From Porphyridium purpureum (lineage: Eukaryota), in NCBI GenBank assembly GCA_008690995.1, contig VRMN01000001.1, forward strand, positions 1,116,001 through 1,180,000: a stretch of 64,000 nt of DNA. Reading direction: 5' to 3'. The notes under the pieces were generated by a model that ran no database searches, had not been told where the DNA came from, and saw nothing but the letters and a program-made list of their open reading frames with translations. Numbering within the stretch: position 1 is the first letter of the stretch; the number at the start of each line of letters is the position of its first letter. This document shows, one piece after another, positions 33,487 through 44,853 of this stretch. Both the position numbers and the translations under genes were made by a program.

Positions 33487-35583
33487 TCAGTCCGACTTGG
33501 ACGAAAAGTATCTTGACAACAGCAGCCTCGCGGAGAAGAACCCTATGCTACCGCCGAGAAGGAAGACGAAAAGGCACAGAATGAACATGTAACCAGAGAA
33601 GACGAGGAACTGGAACATGCTGTTGACGAGCGGCGAGCGCCAGTAGTAGTATAGCGAGTACACATACATAAGCACAGCCGGTGCGCCGCCGTAGCCAATA
33701 GATGCCCACCACCACTGATAGTCGTCGGCCTGCAGTTGAAAATGCATAGCCCCCAAAGAGACAAGTGCGGTGTACAGCACCAGCACCGCACAGCCGATGC
33801 CCAGAAGCTCGAAGAAATGGAGCGACTTGAAACCCCACATCGAGCCCAGAGTGGCGTGGAACTCGAGCGCAACCCCGCTAAAAGATACCAGTCCGCAAAA
33901 CATGCTCATGGCCAGACGCGACCGATACCATGGCACCGCTGGGATCGGCCGCGGGAGACGGCTGCCGTCGTACGACAACGGCTGGGTGCGCACCGACGAG
34001 CGCCCAATTATAGCACCCATCAGACATGATGGAATGCCGACGATAAGAAAAATGGAAACTAGCATCAAACTCGACATCAAGCCGAAAGCGCCCACGGAAC
34101 GCTTAAAGAGGGCGAACGTATTGATGAAAGCAAAGACACCAAGTGACGGGCCAGAGAATACCAGCACGGACAGTATAGCAGTGCGAATCCACCGCTTGCC
34201 GCCAAACTGCTTCAGCAAGCGCCCAGAGACAAACCCGCTCACAAAAAGAGTGCCCGCATAAGTCAGAAACAAAATCGCCTTCACGGCACCGCGGTCGAGC
34301 GGATGGTAAAAGCGCAAGATACCCAAAGCCAGCACAATAACCATCATAACGAGCAACTGCACACCAGCCCCGACACACGCAACCAGCAAGGATAAATGGG
34401 ACGGCGGCCGATGCAAGTCGTTCCGAAGCCGCGCAAGACGGTGCTCCTCATCGGCTGCGTGCTCGCTATCTGCCCCCGCGCTGTATACCATGCTCAAGCC
34501 CGGCTTATTTTCGACATCGTCGGCGCCCGGCGCGGTATGCGTCGACTTCCTGATGTAGCCATGAAATGCACGGATCTCACGATGCAATTGTCTGAAGAGA
34601 ACGAGCGCCAAAAGCACCGCAAGCACCACGGCGCTTGCCAGCGAATTTGCAAGCGTTTTCCAGCGAAATTCAAGCTCAAGCGCCGACTTGCGCATGCCGC
34701 TACCCCCGAAAGAGTCATCGCGGTCAAGAAAGCGGGTATGCGACATGTGCCAAGAGACAGAATATCTAAACGTCAGGTCTGAAATGCCGTTCTCCAGTGC
34801 AGGTGCGTCTAGCGGAACCATCTCGCTCGTGGATTGCATCACCTGCACGATCGTATCCGCGTTGTAAACGATATGAAAATGCACGTGGGTGATCAGATGG
34901 GGCGTACCCACGATAACCCCTGCCTGGTTATTTCCAGATCTAGGCAGAACGCCCACAGAGGACCAAACTTGCAGTTGATCGATCAGGAGCTCGCTCATAA
35001 AATTGTTCAGGATGGCCTTGTGGAACGTGGCGACCTGTTGCGGAGAAAGCGAGATCGTACAGAGCTCTGAGCTGTTCTGATCGACTCGGAACTGGATCTC
35101 ATAGCCCAGCTTGACTTGGTAATCGTTTGTCATCCTCTCCCAGAGAGTGCGCGGCTTGTACGAAAGCGGCGCGTCCGGTCCGCCCGGCCGGCAGTAGGGC
35201 AGCGCTTGAAATAGTTCGTACTTCTCGCTGGGTGCGTATCGCGGGCCAGTCCTTGCCGCGTACACTGGAATATGATCACCTACCGCAAACGAGTGTTCGC
35301 GAACTCGCAAAGCCTTTTCTTGGCTCGCGATCTGCGCGGATAAGCGTGCCTCTGCGCTGTCCAATTTCTCCACAGCGTGCCGGCTCGGCTTACTCCTCAG
35401 CGCACCTTCCCTTTCCGCACTGCTCTGAGCCAAGATTTCTGCACGCACGGCTGCCACAAACACGCATACGAAAGCCACGAGCATCAGCACCGCGCGTGCG
35501 CCGGCGCGTGTCGTCGGCCGCGAACCAGGCCTCCCGTGGCGCCCTCTGGACCGCAGACCTGGGCTCTCATCGGGCGGCGCCAT
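33487..35583 (-). CDS. Transmembrane 9 superfamily (EMP70/nonaspanin) protein
   Basis: Lumenal LPYC domain, FRYSVSW, GAGVQL, RPIPAVPWY, DYQWWWAS, nine C-terminal TMs, KxD end. Confidence 0.9.
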   Translation of the reverse strand: MAPPDESPGLRSRGRHGRPGSRPTTRAGARAVLMLVAFVCVFVAAVRAEILAQSSAEREGALRSKPSRHAVEKLDSAEARLSAQIASQEKALRVREHSFAVGDHIPVYAARTGPRYAPSEKYELFQALPYCRPGGPDAPLSYKPRTLWERMTNDYQVKLGYEIQFRVDQNSSELCTISLSPQQVATFHKAILNNFMSELLIDQLQVWSSVGVLPRSGNNQAGVIVGTPHLITHVHFHIVYNADTIVQVMQSTSEMVPLDAPALENGISDLTFRYSVSWHMSHTRFLDRDDSFGGSGMRKSALELEFRWKTLANSLASAVVLAVLLALVLFRQLHREIRAFHGYIRKSTHTAPGADDVENKPGLSMVYSAGADSEHAADEEHRLARLRNDLHRPPSHLSLLVACVGAGVQLLVMMVIVLALGILRFYHPLDRGAVKAILFLTYAGTLFVSGFVSGRLLKQFGGKRWIRTAILSVLVFSGPSLGVFAFINTFALFKRSVGAFGLMSSLMLVSIFLIVGIPSCLMGAIIGRSSVRTQPLSYDGSRLPRPIPAVPWYRSRLAMSMFCGLVSFSGVALEFHATLGSMWGFKSLHFFELLGIGCAVLVLYTALVSLGAMHFQLQADDYQWWWASIGYGGAPAVLMYVYSLYYYWRSPLVNSMFQFLVFSGYMFILCLFVFLLGGSIGFFSARLLLSRYFSSKSD

Positions 35584-37377
35584 GTTCAATTCCCAAAGCC
35601 TGTCTCCCGTGCGAACTCGCCGTCTCTCACAAGCACGCTCGACCGCCTGCCGCCAAAAACTGCTAGCTGGGAGATAATTGGCAGTGCGCAGGTCCATTAA
35701 ATATTTTGTGGTGTATGGCAATGTCCAGTTTCTAGAGCATGGTGCCTCGTGGCGCAGGGCATGTGCCGTTCCTTGCCTATGTACGGCAGCGCCAACTTGG
35801 ATGGCGCCGGGGGATTGACGATTCCAACGCGTGGTTCACATTGCGTGTGACACGCACGCATGGACGTCGCTGTTAGCGTCGTGATGGGCCCGCGTTTGAA
35901 GTTCCTGATTCGGCGCAGCCTAACCAAATGATCTTTTCCAGCGAATTTTGCAATGACAGAGTTTCCTTCGATTCCCTCTATCGGCGCATGACCTCAGAGC
36001 TGTCTCCGTTGACGCGCTTCAGCAAGCGGATCGCGAGTTTGTGGGCTTCCGCCGCAGTATCCAGCTCCATCGAACGAGTCGGGTCTGCGCATCGCTGCCT
36101 CGTCGTAAACGAGCATGGACGCTTTGCGGTTTGCGCTTTTGATACTTTTGGGACGTCTAAGCAAGGCCGGTGTGCTAGTCGGGTTCTGCGTTCATCACCA
36201 GCTTTCCCGGACGAATTTGTTCCCCACCAGGAACCAGTACACGTCGATGACGTTCTGCGCTTCCTGGCTCTGGTCTTGTGTGCTTACATGAATGGTCGAA
36301 AGCGGCTTTTTTTATCGTCCGCTGGCGTTGTTGCTGCTCGAATCTCCGCATCCGATGCCTACAATGACTCATAACGCGGATTGTGATTACGTTGATCGGA
36401 GACGAGAAGACCGCGTACAGAATCATTTGGCTGTCGACACTTTTACATCATATCCAGCAGCTGCCATTTTTGGACCCGGGAATGATTCAGGGCTGACGCC
36501 GCAAAGCTGCGGAATGGGAACACTAAGACCTTCCGCCAGGCGGATGAATCGTGAGGATAGGAGCAAGTGCAACACTGCTGCGTATAGCGGTGGCGGCCAA
36601 TAAGCAGCAGCATACCAGCCTGAGTAGCATCCGCAGGGTCAATCGTCTCCACCGCGGTAGAAATGGCGCAACGTCGGCATGCGTGTACGACCAGCGAATG
36701 ATGTTGGAATTCTGCTGACGCGGAACGTGTGTAACGCAGGGCAATCGATACCAGAGAAAGACGTGGTGCCCGTATCGACAGGGGCGGACAACCTGCATCT
36801 GGAATATCAGCCTCTTTGGAGTATGTTCATGGCGTGCGGACGAATCTGCAGAAGCGCTGGCAGATAGGTTCGAAATCTGCTCATCCATTCCAGTAGTCGG
36901 AGGATGGAAATCCCTTCGGCGCACGTGGCGCCCGTGTCGACGTATGGTGCTGAGACGCTCCCATCTGGAAAAGCAAGCAGGATCCGCGTCGCTAAGCAAA
37001 CATTGTTGTCCCGCAAGAATGTGATCTTTCAACACAAATGCACAGAACAGGTTTGAGACGACAATGGCGATTGCGCGATGTTCCGCATCCACAGTCTCGA
37101 GGATATTATCTATGTGCAATCCCAAAACTTAAGTAGAATGTAGCACAAGTTGTGGGGAGTTCTTTATTTTCCCTTCCTTCACGTCCTGCCGGACCTAAGC
37201 TGTGCAGCGTGGGTTCAAACGCAAACACGAACAAAACCAGTAAGAAGGAACGTCCAGCACTGTAAATGGTGTAAACGAGCGGGAGTTTCGTCCGTTCCGT
37301 CCTAGTCAGCATCACACAATAAGCTTCCGTGTCCCGTCCGATCGTGCTCGATCCCATAGCTTACACTGCACTTTGTT

Positions 37378-39099
37378 ATGACTGTACTTTCAGTCTTGGG
37401 TTGTGAGAGAATGGCGAGGGAGGTAGGTTGGGCTAGCTGCACAGACGGCGCCATGATGAGGCAAGCAAGAGCAATGTGTGCGCATGGATTGTGCGACTCG
37501 GGTCGACAGACATCGCGCATGAGCTGCGCGCTCGCTCGGAAGTGGAGTAGCAGCAGCGGCCGAGGAGGAAATGAAGCACACTCCGTGGCGACTCGTGCAG
37601 ACAGCTTGGCCGAGTCGTCGAGCAGCCCGGACAAGAAAGTGGCCGCGAAAAAGGAGCGTGGCTGGTCGAGCGTGTTGCGCTCGTGGCTTGGACTTGAACC
37701 AGGGAGGGCCGAGAGTACACAATCGCCACAAAGTGCGTCGAGCAACAAGTCGAGGGCACTTTCCGACGTGCTTCGTTTCGACACCATCAGCATGGACGCT
37801 GTGAGCGTGGATGGTCTCACGATTGCGCAGTGGAAAGCAGCCTTTCGCCACCTGGTCCCTCCAGAAAAGCTCCCCAGTGTCAAGACCGCGCACATGCTTT
37901 CGCTGTCGGCACTCGTTCTTGCAGATAGTTTTGTGACGCCCCTTGCGAGCACAGTTCGAGAGGAGAAAATGATTGGACCGCAAACGACTTTCGCGCACGG
38001 AGAAAAGGATGTGTTGCGAGATGGCTTATACTACGGACACCTCAGTCGGCTCGTGTACCGTCCGCTCGACGCAATTCTTTTGGATAGCTACCTCAAGCTC
38101 GAGAACGTGGTGCGCCACAATGCGAGCACTTTATTTGACCACACGCGCCATGTATTCATGCCTGGATTCCTTGTTGCCATTGACGAAGAAACCAGTAGCA
38201 TTATAGTACTGGTTCGCGGCACAAAGGAGCCGCAGGATGCGCTGATAGACATTTGCGGCACGCCCAGGCCCGTGTCCTTTCTTGGGAATGACCGCGAGTA
38301 CATGATACACGGTGCGATTGGCGACACGGCTCTTGCCCTATTTCACGATTTGAAGACTGACCTTGTCAAGCTCACAAAAGAATATCCAGACTTTCCGATC
38401 ACCTTTGTCGGGCACTCGCTCGGCGGTGCCGTTTGTGCAGCCTTGTCCCTGTACGTGGCGCATGACGACGAGCTGGGACACGTAAAGCGGCGGACGTTTT
38501 CATTCAATGCACCTCCAACAATCAGCAGAGAGCTTGCACTCGTGACGCGCAGCGAGGAAGAGATGTACAGCTTTGTCAACGGCATGGACGCAGTATCTCG
38601 GGTTTCGATTCCGTCTATCATCGTGACATTGAAAGCTCTTGAGCGCTACTATGCGGAAATGGATATCCGTGGGTTGATTCGTGAATTCTGGGCTGCGCAG
38701 CCAAAGCGTGAGACGATCCCATCTGATCAAACTCCAGGTGAAAAAGCATTCACAGTAAGGGAGCACAGTGCGAACAGCGCAGGTAACGCAGTGGTTCAGA
38801 ATCATGCAGCCACGACACAAGATCGATTTGTCGAAATCATGGCCGAGGAAACGCAGTCGAGCAGCAGCGTGATGCATGGCCCAGATCAATTGTATTTACC
38901 GGGTCGGGTTGTGCACGTGACCTCGCAAGCACAAGGCTCGAATACACGCTATCAGGCGTTAATACGGGACGCTTTTGATGACGAGTTTTGCGTGATCCCC
39001 ATTTCGGGCCGTATGATTCGTGACCATATGATGCGCGAGTTCTTGCCGTGCTTAAGAGGAGCGTACAAGTACGCCACGAATGCTCGTCACAGATCGTGA
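37378..39099 (+). CDS. Lipase class 3 (DAG-lipase-like)
   Basis: VLVRGT, DALID, IHGAI, FVGHSLGG, FVNGMDAVSR, LYLPGRVVH, DHM; true start may be a downstream ATG. Confidence 0.88.
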   Translation: MTVLSVLGCERMAREVGWASCTDGAMMRQARAMCAHGLCDSGRQTSRMSCALARKWSSSSGRGGNEAHSVATRADSLAESSSSPDKKVAAKKERGWSSVLRSWLGLEPGRAESTQSPQSASSNKSRALSDVLRFDTISMDAVSVDGLTIAQWKAAFRHLVPPEKLPSVKTAHMLSLSALVLADSFVTPLASTVREEKMIGPQTTFAHGEKDVLRDGLYYGHLSRLVYRPLDAILLDSYLKLENVVRHNASTLFDHTRHVFMPGFLVAIDEETSSIIVLVRGTKEPQDALIDICGTPRPVSFLGNDREYMIHGAIGDTALALFHDLKTDLVKLTKEYPDFPITFVGHSLGGAVCAALSLYVAHDDELGHVKRRTFSFNAPPTISRELALVTRSEEEMYSFVNGMDAVSRVSIPSIIVTLKALERYYAEMDIRGLIREFWAAQPKRETIPSDQTPGEKAFTVREHSANSAGNAVVQNHAATTQDRFVEIMAEETQSSSSVMHGPDQLYLPGRVVHVTSQAQGSNTRYQALIRDAFDDEFCVIPISGRMIRDHMMREFLPCLRGAYKYATNARHRS

Positions 39100-39189
39100 A
39101 TGTATTAACGTGTCTGGTAACATATCCTTGAAGCGGTGCACCAGCTCAGATCTGACGGCATCCTCGTGCAACAATATGCTACCGTCGCC

Positions 39190-41085
39190 CTAAAAGTCGT
39201 GCGGAATGGTGATCCGCCGCTCTCGTACATTCAAGGCATATTGCCTGCCTATAACGAGCCTTGTATGCGCCAGGAACGGTCGCAGAAAGCCAGCCACGCG
39301 CTTGATTCGCTGAATAGCGCCATGAAACTCTCTTTCAGAAACCGTGTATAATGCTTGCTCGTCTGTTGAGGCTGCTGAACGAGGCCTGGATGCTGGCGTC
39401 GAGTCCACAGTTTCGCGCTCAATGCTTCTCACACCCAGAGCGTGTGCCGCCGCGTCGATTCGCTGCTGTTCACGCAACCTGTGCGAATGCACGGCCGCCA
39501 CTTCATCGGCGTGCTCGACGAGATGGTCAAGGACTTGCTCAGGCGTGCAGACCAGCGAAACCGAGAACACACCATGAGCAGCATGGGCGAGGAACTCAGC
39601 TCCTTTTGGATCCAGAAATCCTTGGCGGCTTGGGGAAACCATGAGCGAGCACTGCCGGAGGCTGCTAGACAACATGCTATGTGCAAAAGATGACTTGCTT
39701 GCCGCCAGCGTCAGGCTTTTCAGAAACCTCTGGTACTCGTCTGCGTGCCGGGCAGACTTAACCACACGACGAAAGTGGACGGACGCGAGCGCAGAATCTT
39801 CTCCTTGGCTTCCCACGTCTGCTGCCTCGCCTAGATTGCCAGTATCCAGTTGCAGAAATACCTGCTTGACACCCAGGCCGAGCGCTGCCGATATTTCCAT
39901 TTCGTTAATAACTTTCGCATCGTGACGCATCGCGGCGCAAGCATTGATTAGTTCACTGGAGCCGAGCAAGGCTTTCCACCTTTCCAATGAGGCCATGCCG
40001 CCCAGCCGAGCCAGTACCAAGCCCGTCTCCTTCCTATCGCTTCCAGATCCGGTTGAGATGGGTACCAGGCTTGTCTCTGATGTCGCGCTCAAACAAATCA
40101 ACGCGCCAGACAGAATTTCGTGAGGGTTTTGCCCGTGACATGTGCTGTGCATTGGATGGATTTGAGCCAGCGCGTCATTCAATCGAGCCGAAAGCCGTGA
40201 ACGGAAGCCAAGATTTGTGTGTGGTATTGATTCATCAAAGTGCGCGTACACACCACGCGCGCGTCGCAGCGCTAAGAGCTGTATCCATGCGCTGTCTGTG
40301 ATTGTATCCGAAAACTGTTCGCCTTTCTCTTGGTCCTGTCTCGAATTGGGACCAGTATCTGCATGTTGCGCGTACTGTGGCGCAGTGCGGGCTTTATGCA
40401 ACGCGTCTGCTGCATGCTGAATAAAGTCTAAAAGTTCTGATTTGCGAGAAGATGCTGATGCGTGGTGCATTGGCTTCCGAGCTGCACCAAAACTGAATCC
40501 CCTTTGTCGCTCGGTGAATGAGGATGAAGCCTCTTGTTGCGCTCGTACAGAGAACTTATTTAGCACAGGAGCTGGAGGTGGCGGTATCCGGAGCTGCTCC
40601 AGCAAGTCCTTGAATGTCCTTTCAAACTCGAGAGGCTGCAGAATGACGGATACCTTACAATAATTTACATCAGGGCTCGGAATTCGGTTTCCTTCGCTGT
40701 CACTGACACTGCTGCTGTTGCTGTTGCTGCCACCACCTCTGGTGTGGTCGCGATAAAAGAAAACAATGCTGTGCTTGGCGTTCTTTAGCTTCAACAGATC
40801 GGCGACACTATGCGGGTGATTGGCGACCGACGCATTTCTCCATGCAACGGCCCAGGCTCTTTGCTGTTCCAAGGCGGTGTGCAGCGTTTGCAGGCTCTGC
40901 TCGTTGACACGCTGATGCGGCGTGCCCACAAAAAGATCCGGATGCACCTTGCGGTACAGCTGCCGCATGGTGGGCTTTATGAGCTGCTCGAGCGCTTCGT
41001 GCTCCGCTTCATGGCTCATCCATCTGGAGGAGCGCCTGGTGGAACACTGCCCCGCCACCGAGCGCAGTCGCAGCACCCCAAGCAT
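39190..41085 (-). CDS. Mitochondrial DUF4460/TCAIM-like protein (N-terminal J-like domain)
   Basis: Mitochondrial presequence-like N-terminus; MRQLYRKVHPDLF...VNEQSLQTL; ends ITIPHDF. Confidence 0.7.
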   Translation of the reverse strand: MLGVLRLRSVAGQCSTRRSSRWMSHEAEHEALEQLIKPTMRQLYRKVHPDLFVGTPHQRVNEQSLQTLHTALEQQRAWAVAWRNASVANHPHSVADLLKLKNAKHSIVFFYRDHTRGGGSNSNSSSVSDSEGNRIPSPDVNYCKVSVILQPLEFERTFKDLLEQLRIPPPPAPVLNKFSVRAQQEASSSFTERQRGFSFGAARKPMHHASASSRKSELLDFIQHAADALHKARTAPQYAQHADTGPNSRQDQEKGEQFSDTITDSAWIQLLALRRARGVYAHFDESIPHTNLGFRSRLSARLNDALAQIHPMHSTCHGQNPHEILSGALICLSATSETSLVPISTGSGSDRKETGLVLARLGGMASLERWKALLGSSELINACAAMRHDAKVINEMEISAALGLGVKQVFLQLDTGNLGEAADVGSQGEDSALASVHFRRVVKSARHADEYQRFLKSLTLAASKSSFAHSMLSSSLRQCSLMVSPSRQGFLDPKGAEFLAHAAHGVFSVSLVCTPEQVLDHLVEHADEVAAVHSHRLREQQRIDAAAHALGVRSIERETVDSTPASRPRSAASTDEQALYTVSEREFHGAIQRIKRVAGFLRPFLAHTRLVIGRQYALNVRERRITIPHDF

Positions 41086-41587
41086 ACCTTTTGTCGCCTC
41101 ACACCGCGCGCAAGCCCGTCGACTCGCACACGTCTCGGCACACGGTCATGCTTCAACTCCCCGCACACACTCCCCACTGTACCGAAACGTGAGACCACTG
41201 TACATCTAAGATGGCCATGCAATGCGTATGTCACGCAGGCGTTTCGTGCTTCAAATCTGCGCGTGTGGCGTGCGTTTTGTGCGGCGCCTATTAAAATGGG
41301 TTCATTTTTCGATTTTGGTGCGTGGTCCCTTTTCGGTTTTTTGGCGCGCTCGGGACTTTTCTTGTTTTTTTTGTGCTCCGTTTTTTTTTTTTTTTTCATT
41401 TTCTGGATTTTGGTTTGGACTGAAAAGGCGACGAGCAGACACACGTGAGGCTGCGTGCGGGAGCGCGCGTGTGGAACGAACGCGAGAAAGAGAGAGAGAG
41501 AAGCGGTGTGTGGGAAGACGAAGAGCGAGAACGGCGCACACAGCGAGGCGGACGATTGCAGAAAGAGCCATTCCAGGAATCTAGTCC

Positions 41588-42236
41588 ATGGCAGCGAAAA
41601 TGGCAGCGCCAAAGGCAGCCGCTGTCCCCAAACCGAAAAAGGTGGGAGGTGTGACAAAGGCCAAGACAGTGCCTTCGCACCCGCCATATGCGACTATGGT
41701 GAGCGCGGCGATCAAGAAGATTGGCGACCGCACAGGCTCTTCCCAGCAGGCCATTGCAAAGTGCATCGGAGAGGAGTATAAGATTGAGGTCAATAAGGTC
41801 GCGCTGTCACGCTCGCTCAAGTCCGGCGTCGATGCTGGCTCGCTGGCCAAGGTCAAGGCATCGTACAAGGTCGTGGCCAAAGAGAAGCCAGCGCCAAAGA
41901 AAAAGACGGCCAAGCCAAAGGCAGCCACTGCGAATGGCAAAGAGAAGGTATGTGCATGACAGGGAATGTTGCGTGCGGATGTGATTTCCAGGTCTTTTTA
42001 TAGTTGTTCTTGTGTGCCCTTTCCACGCCTTTCAATGCGGAATTTGACTACTAACCTTCTTGTGCGTATTTGGGTATTTCATGCTGTGCTTTTGCGCCCT
42101 TCTTGATGTTCGCCGATTTCTGAACTTTGGCCCGACTCTGCAGAAGGTCAAAGCTCTCAAGCCGAAGAAAACCACCAAGACCAAAAAGACCACAAAGCCA
42201 AAAGCAAAGAAGGTCGCCAAGCCACAGAGCGACTGA
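41588..42236 (+). CDS. H1: Linker histone H1; two exons 41588-41947 and 42144-42236 (150 aa)
   Basis: SHPPYATMVSAAIKKIGDRTGSSQQAIAK...GSLAKVKASYK globular domain; phase-0 splicing joins Lys-rich tail KVKALKPKKTTKTKK...PQSD*. Confidence 0.93.
41948..42143 (+). other. Spliceosomal intron of histone H1 (196 nt)
   Basis: AAG|GTATGT donor, TACTAAC branch point 42049-42055, AG-free tract, CAG acceptor at 42143. Confidence 0.9.
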
Positions 42237-42634
42237 GACGTGTCATCAGCCACGTGCTCAGAAAACTTCAAGGTATATGACTGACAGTCACGAGTTTCAA
42301 TTCGTACTTGCTGCTAAGGAATGTTTCACATTGAGTCGACTAAAACGGGAGTCATTTTTAGATTTCCGCAGGCGGCGGCGGAAGAAAGTTTTTTCTCTCT
42401 CTCTTTATGTGCCATCCCTTGCTGCTCACTAGGCTCCTCTTTCGAAGTTCTTCCAAGGATTCCGGACCGCTGCGGTCCCAACTGAATGTGGTTTGTTCTG
42501 GATAGCGCTCAGTGAAAATACTGACGAGACTAATGTACAAAGGATTTACAATCGGTTCAAGCTACAGCGCGCACAAGCTGAAGCGTACGCAAGCTCACCA
42601 AAGAATCCGTTCATATCGCTATGCTCTAATTAAG

Positions 42635-44539
42635 TTACGCTGCCACAAGTAGCTTATGCTTCCACATATTGCCAATGATTCTGCACATCATAGCAGGGAT
42701 GAAGCAGGTATTTTGCTCGAGCAAGATATTGAAAGCGCCGGAAGGAAATTGGCAGCGGTCCCGCGACTGCGCGTAAGTTTCGTTCAAGTCACCCGGCAGG
42801 TGCCACGTGAAAGGGTTACAGTAAAAGTTGTACAGCCCATCTGTGACCTTCTGCACGTTGCCAGAAATAATGTTTGGACAATTATCAAAATCACATAACC
42901 GCACAGAATTGTAGATCACCTTGAGTGTATCACGCGTAAATACCAGCCAGCCCCCACGTTCCGTGTGGTCGTACTTCAGCCGTTCCAAAGCAGGAAGGAG
43001 ATCCTCGTAAATGTCAGCCACCGGCATCATACCTTGAGTACCGTGCACAATCGCGAGGCCATTTTTGCACTCGGCGGTACAAAAAGTAAACATGCTGCGC
43101 ACGCGGAAGTTCCAGTTACAGGGGATCGTCCTGCAGCGCTCTGCATACGTTCCACAGAATATGTTCAAGTAATCTTGGTCCGCAAAGTAAATGTCTAGTC
43201 CATATACCCACTTTTCGATGATCCCTTCCATTCTCATTCCATACTCACTCTTCCTTATCTTCTCAAAGTCCATCATGATCACACCAGAGTTCAGGCCCTT
43301 TTCATTGAAACGGGGAAACGGCGCCCTGCCGCGCGTCTGCGACGTCCGGTTAAACCACATGAAATCAAGGGAGCTGTTCCCAGGTCCGACAGCCTCGTCC
43401 GCGAAACCAAACATCTGCTCTTCGCTGTACGACTTGAACGTGTCGAAGAGTTCAGAAATCGGTTGCAAAATCAGCGTATCCGTATCCAAGTAGATGATCT
43501 TGTCCACCGATGGCAGATCCTTGTAGACGAAAAGCCGAACGCCAGCACATGGCGCGTAATAGTTGTCCGAAGGGCGGGATGCGTTTGTTGGCACAACCAA
43601 GAATTCAAAATTGGAAGCCCGGGAGACGGCTTGCACGTTTCTTGTCACAGACTCGACAACGTCCGTGTCATTTGCAGTCGTCACAATGAACACCTCGTGC
43701 TTCCTTCTGCGATCTGAGAACAGCACCATGCTCTTCAACGATGTGAAAAGTACATCGCGAAAGCTCTCCTTGACATTGCACACCGTGTAAAGTACACGCA
43801 CGACAGGCGAGCCTGAATTCACAATAGCGGAAATACCCCGCATGCTCGCCTGGTTTACCACCTTCTTCTGACCGAGCTTCCATTCCACAGGTGCTGAAAG
43901 TCTAGGTGCCTTCTCGCACAGCGGTATCGGCGAGGGCGTCGCGGTTGCGGTTGCGACACCCGGTGACGTGATTTGCAGCGCTGCGACTGATGCCGTCTCG
44001 AGAGCCTGCTTTTCTGCTTCTGTTGGTGTCTCGCTATGCGTAACTGGTGCATGCGCCTGACTTTCTTGCACCAAGTTTATTCTTGCTTGTTCGGATGGCG
44101 CCGGTACTTGGCGTTCTTCGGGCAAATTTGCCCATCCCATCCCGCCGTCCGACTGACTCTGTTCCGAGTCACCAAGGCCAAATTTTCTCCACGACTTGCG
44201 CAACCAGTCACCGGAGAAGCGTGATTCGGGCACCACTGTGCTGTTCCATGCAAACACCCACAGCATAACCATCCAGAGCAGCAGCACTATTGAACATGCC
44301 ACGGTCGACGCCTTCATCATCCCGCCTCCCGCGACCACGCCTGCGGAGCGCGATCCCGCGCCAGCAGCGCCTTCCTTCAGCAAGACCCTTGCGCGGTCGT
44401 GGTCGTCGTCGTCGTCCAGCCCATTTCCTAGCTGCCTGCCGTGCGCGGGAGTCGTTTCGCCAGCCTCCATCTCGTCGTACGCGCGCTCCGCCGCCTTTGC
44501 CGCGGGCAGCGGCACCTTGACACGCGAGCGAACGGCCAT
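42635..44539 (-). CDS. Glycosyltransferase family 8, GXYLT-like type II membrane protein
   Basis: Single TM plus stem; DKIIYLDTD (DxD), GLNSGVIMMD, ADQDYLN, IPCNWNFR, AIVHG. Confidence 0.87.
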   Translation of the reverse strand: MAVRSRVKVPLPAAKAAERAYDEMEAGETTPAHGRQLGNGLDDDDDHDRARVLLKEGAAGAGSRSAGVVAGGGMMKASTVACSIVLLLWMVMLWVFAWNSTVVPESRFSGDWLRKSWRKFGLGDSEQSQSDGGMGWANLPEERQVPAPSEQARINLVQESQAHAPVTHSETPTEAEKQALETASVAALQITSPGVATATATPSPIPLCEKAPRLSAPVEWKLGQKKVVNQASMRGISAIVNSGSPVVRVLYTVCNVKESFRDVLFTSLKSMVLFSDRRRKHEVFIVTTANDTDVVESVTRNVQAVSRASNFEFLVVPTNASRPSDNYYAPCAGVRLFVYKDLPSVDKIIYLDTDTLILQPISELFDTFKSYSEEQMFGFADEAVGPGNSSLDFMWFNRTSQTRGRAPFPRFNEKGLNSGVIMMDFEKIRKSEYGMRMEGIIEKWVYGLDIYFADQDYLNIFCGTYAERCRTIPCNWNFRVRSMFTFCTAECKNGLAIVHGTQGMMPVADIYEDLLPALERLKYDHTERGGWLVFTRDTLKVIYNSVRLCDFDNCPNIISGNVQKVTDGLYNFYCNPFTWHLPGDLNETYAQSRDRCQFPSGAFNILLEQNTCFIPAMMCRIIGNMWKHKLLVAA

Positions 44540-44808
44540 ACCTCCCGCACCCTTGTTCCCGCACGCCCTTTCTTCCGGCGCGCTACAAGCACATGCTCCA
44601 ACTTTTCCCTCACTCCGACCTTTAACGCACGCCACCACGTCGCCCTCTACCAATCCACCTTGCCACTTTCGCTCAGGCGCTATTTTCTGAGTTAAGCTTT
44701 TTTCTCTTTTTTTCTCCTTTCTCCAAAAAATTAAACCCTCTGATTCAAACTCAAACCTACAAACCCACCTCACCAAACAACTGAACAACACCTAGCCACA
44801 ATCACTCA

Positions 44809-44817
44809 ACACACACA

Positions 44818-44849
<32 letters not shown>
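44809..44849. repeat. (CA)n microsatellite
   Basis: Read directly. Confidence 0.95.

Positions 44850-44853
<4 letters not shown>

Noticed and set aside
36425..36500. U5 snRNA-like signal (CTTTTAC followed by ATTTTTGG)
   Set aside because: Loop differs from invariant GCCUUUUAC, stem is weak and the spacing to the Sm-like site is too short
36820..36890. tRNA-like GGTTCGAA
   Set aside because: No D-arm, anticodon arm or acceptor stem
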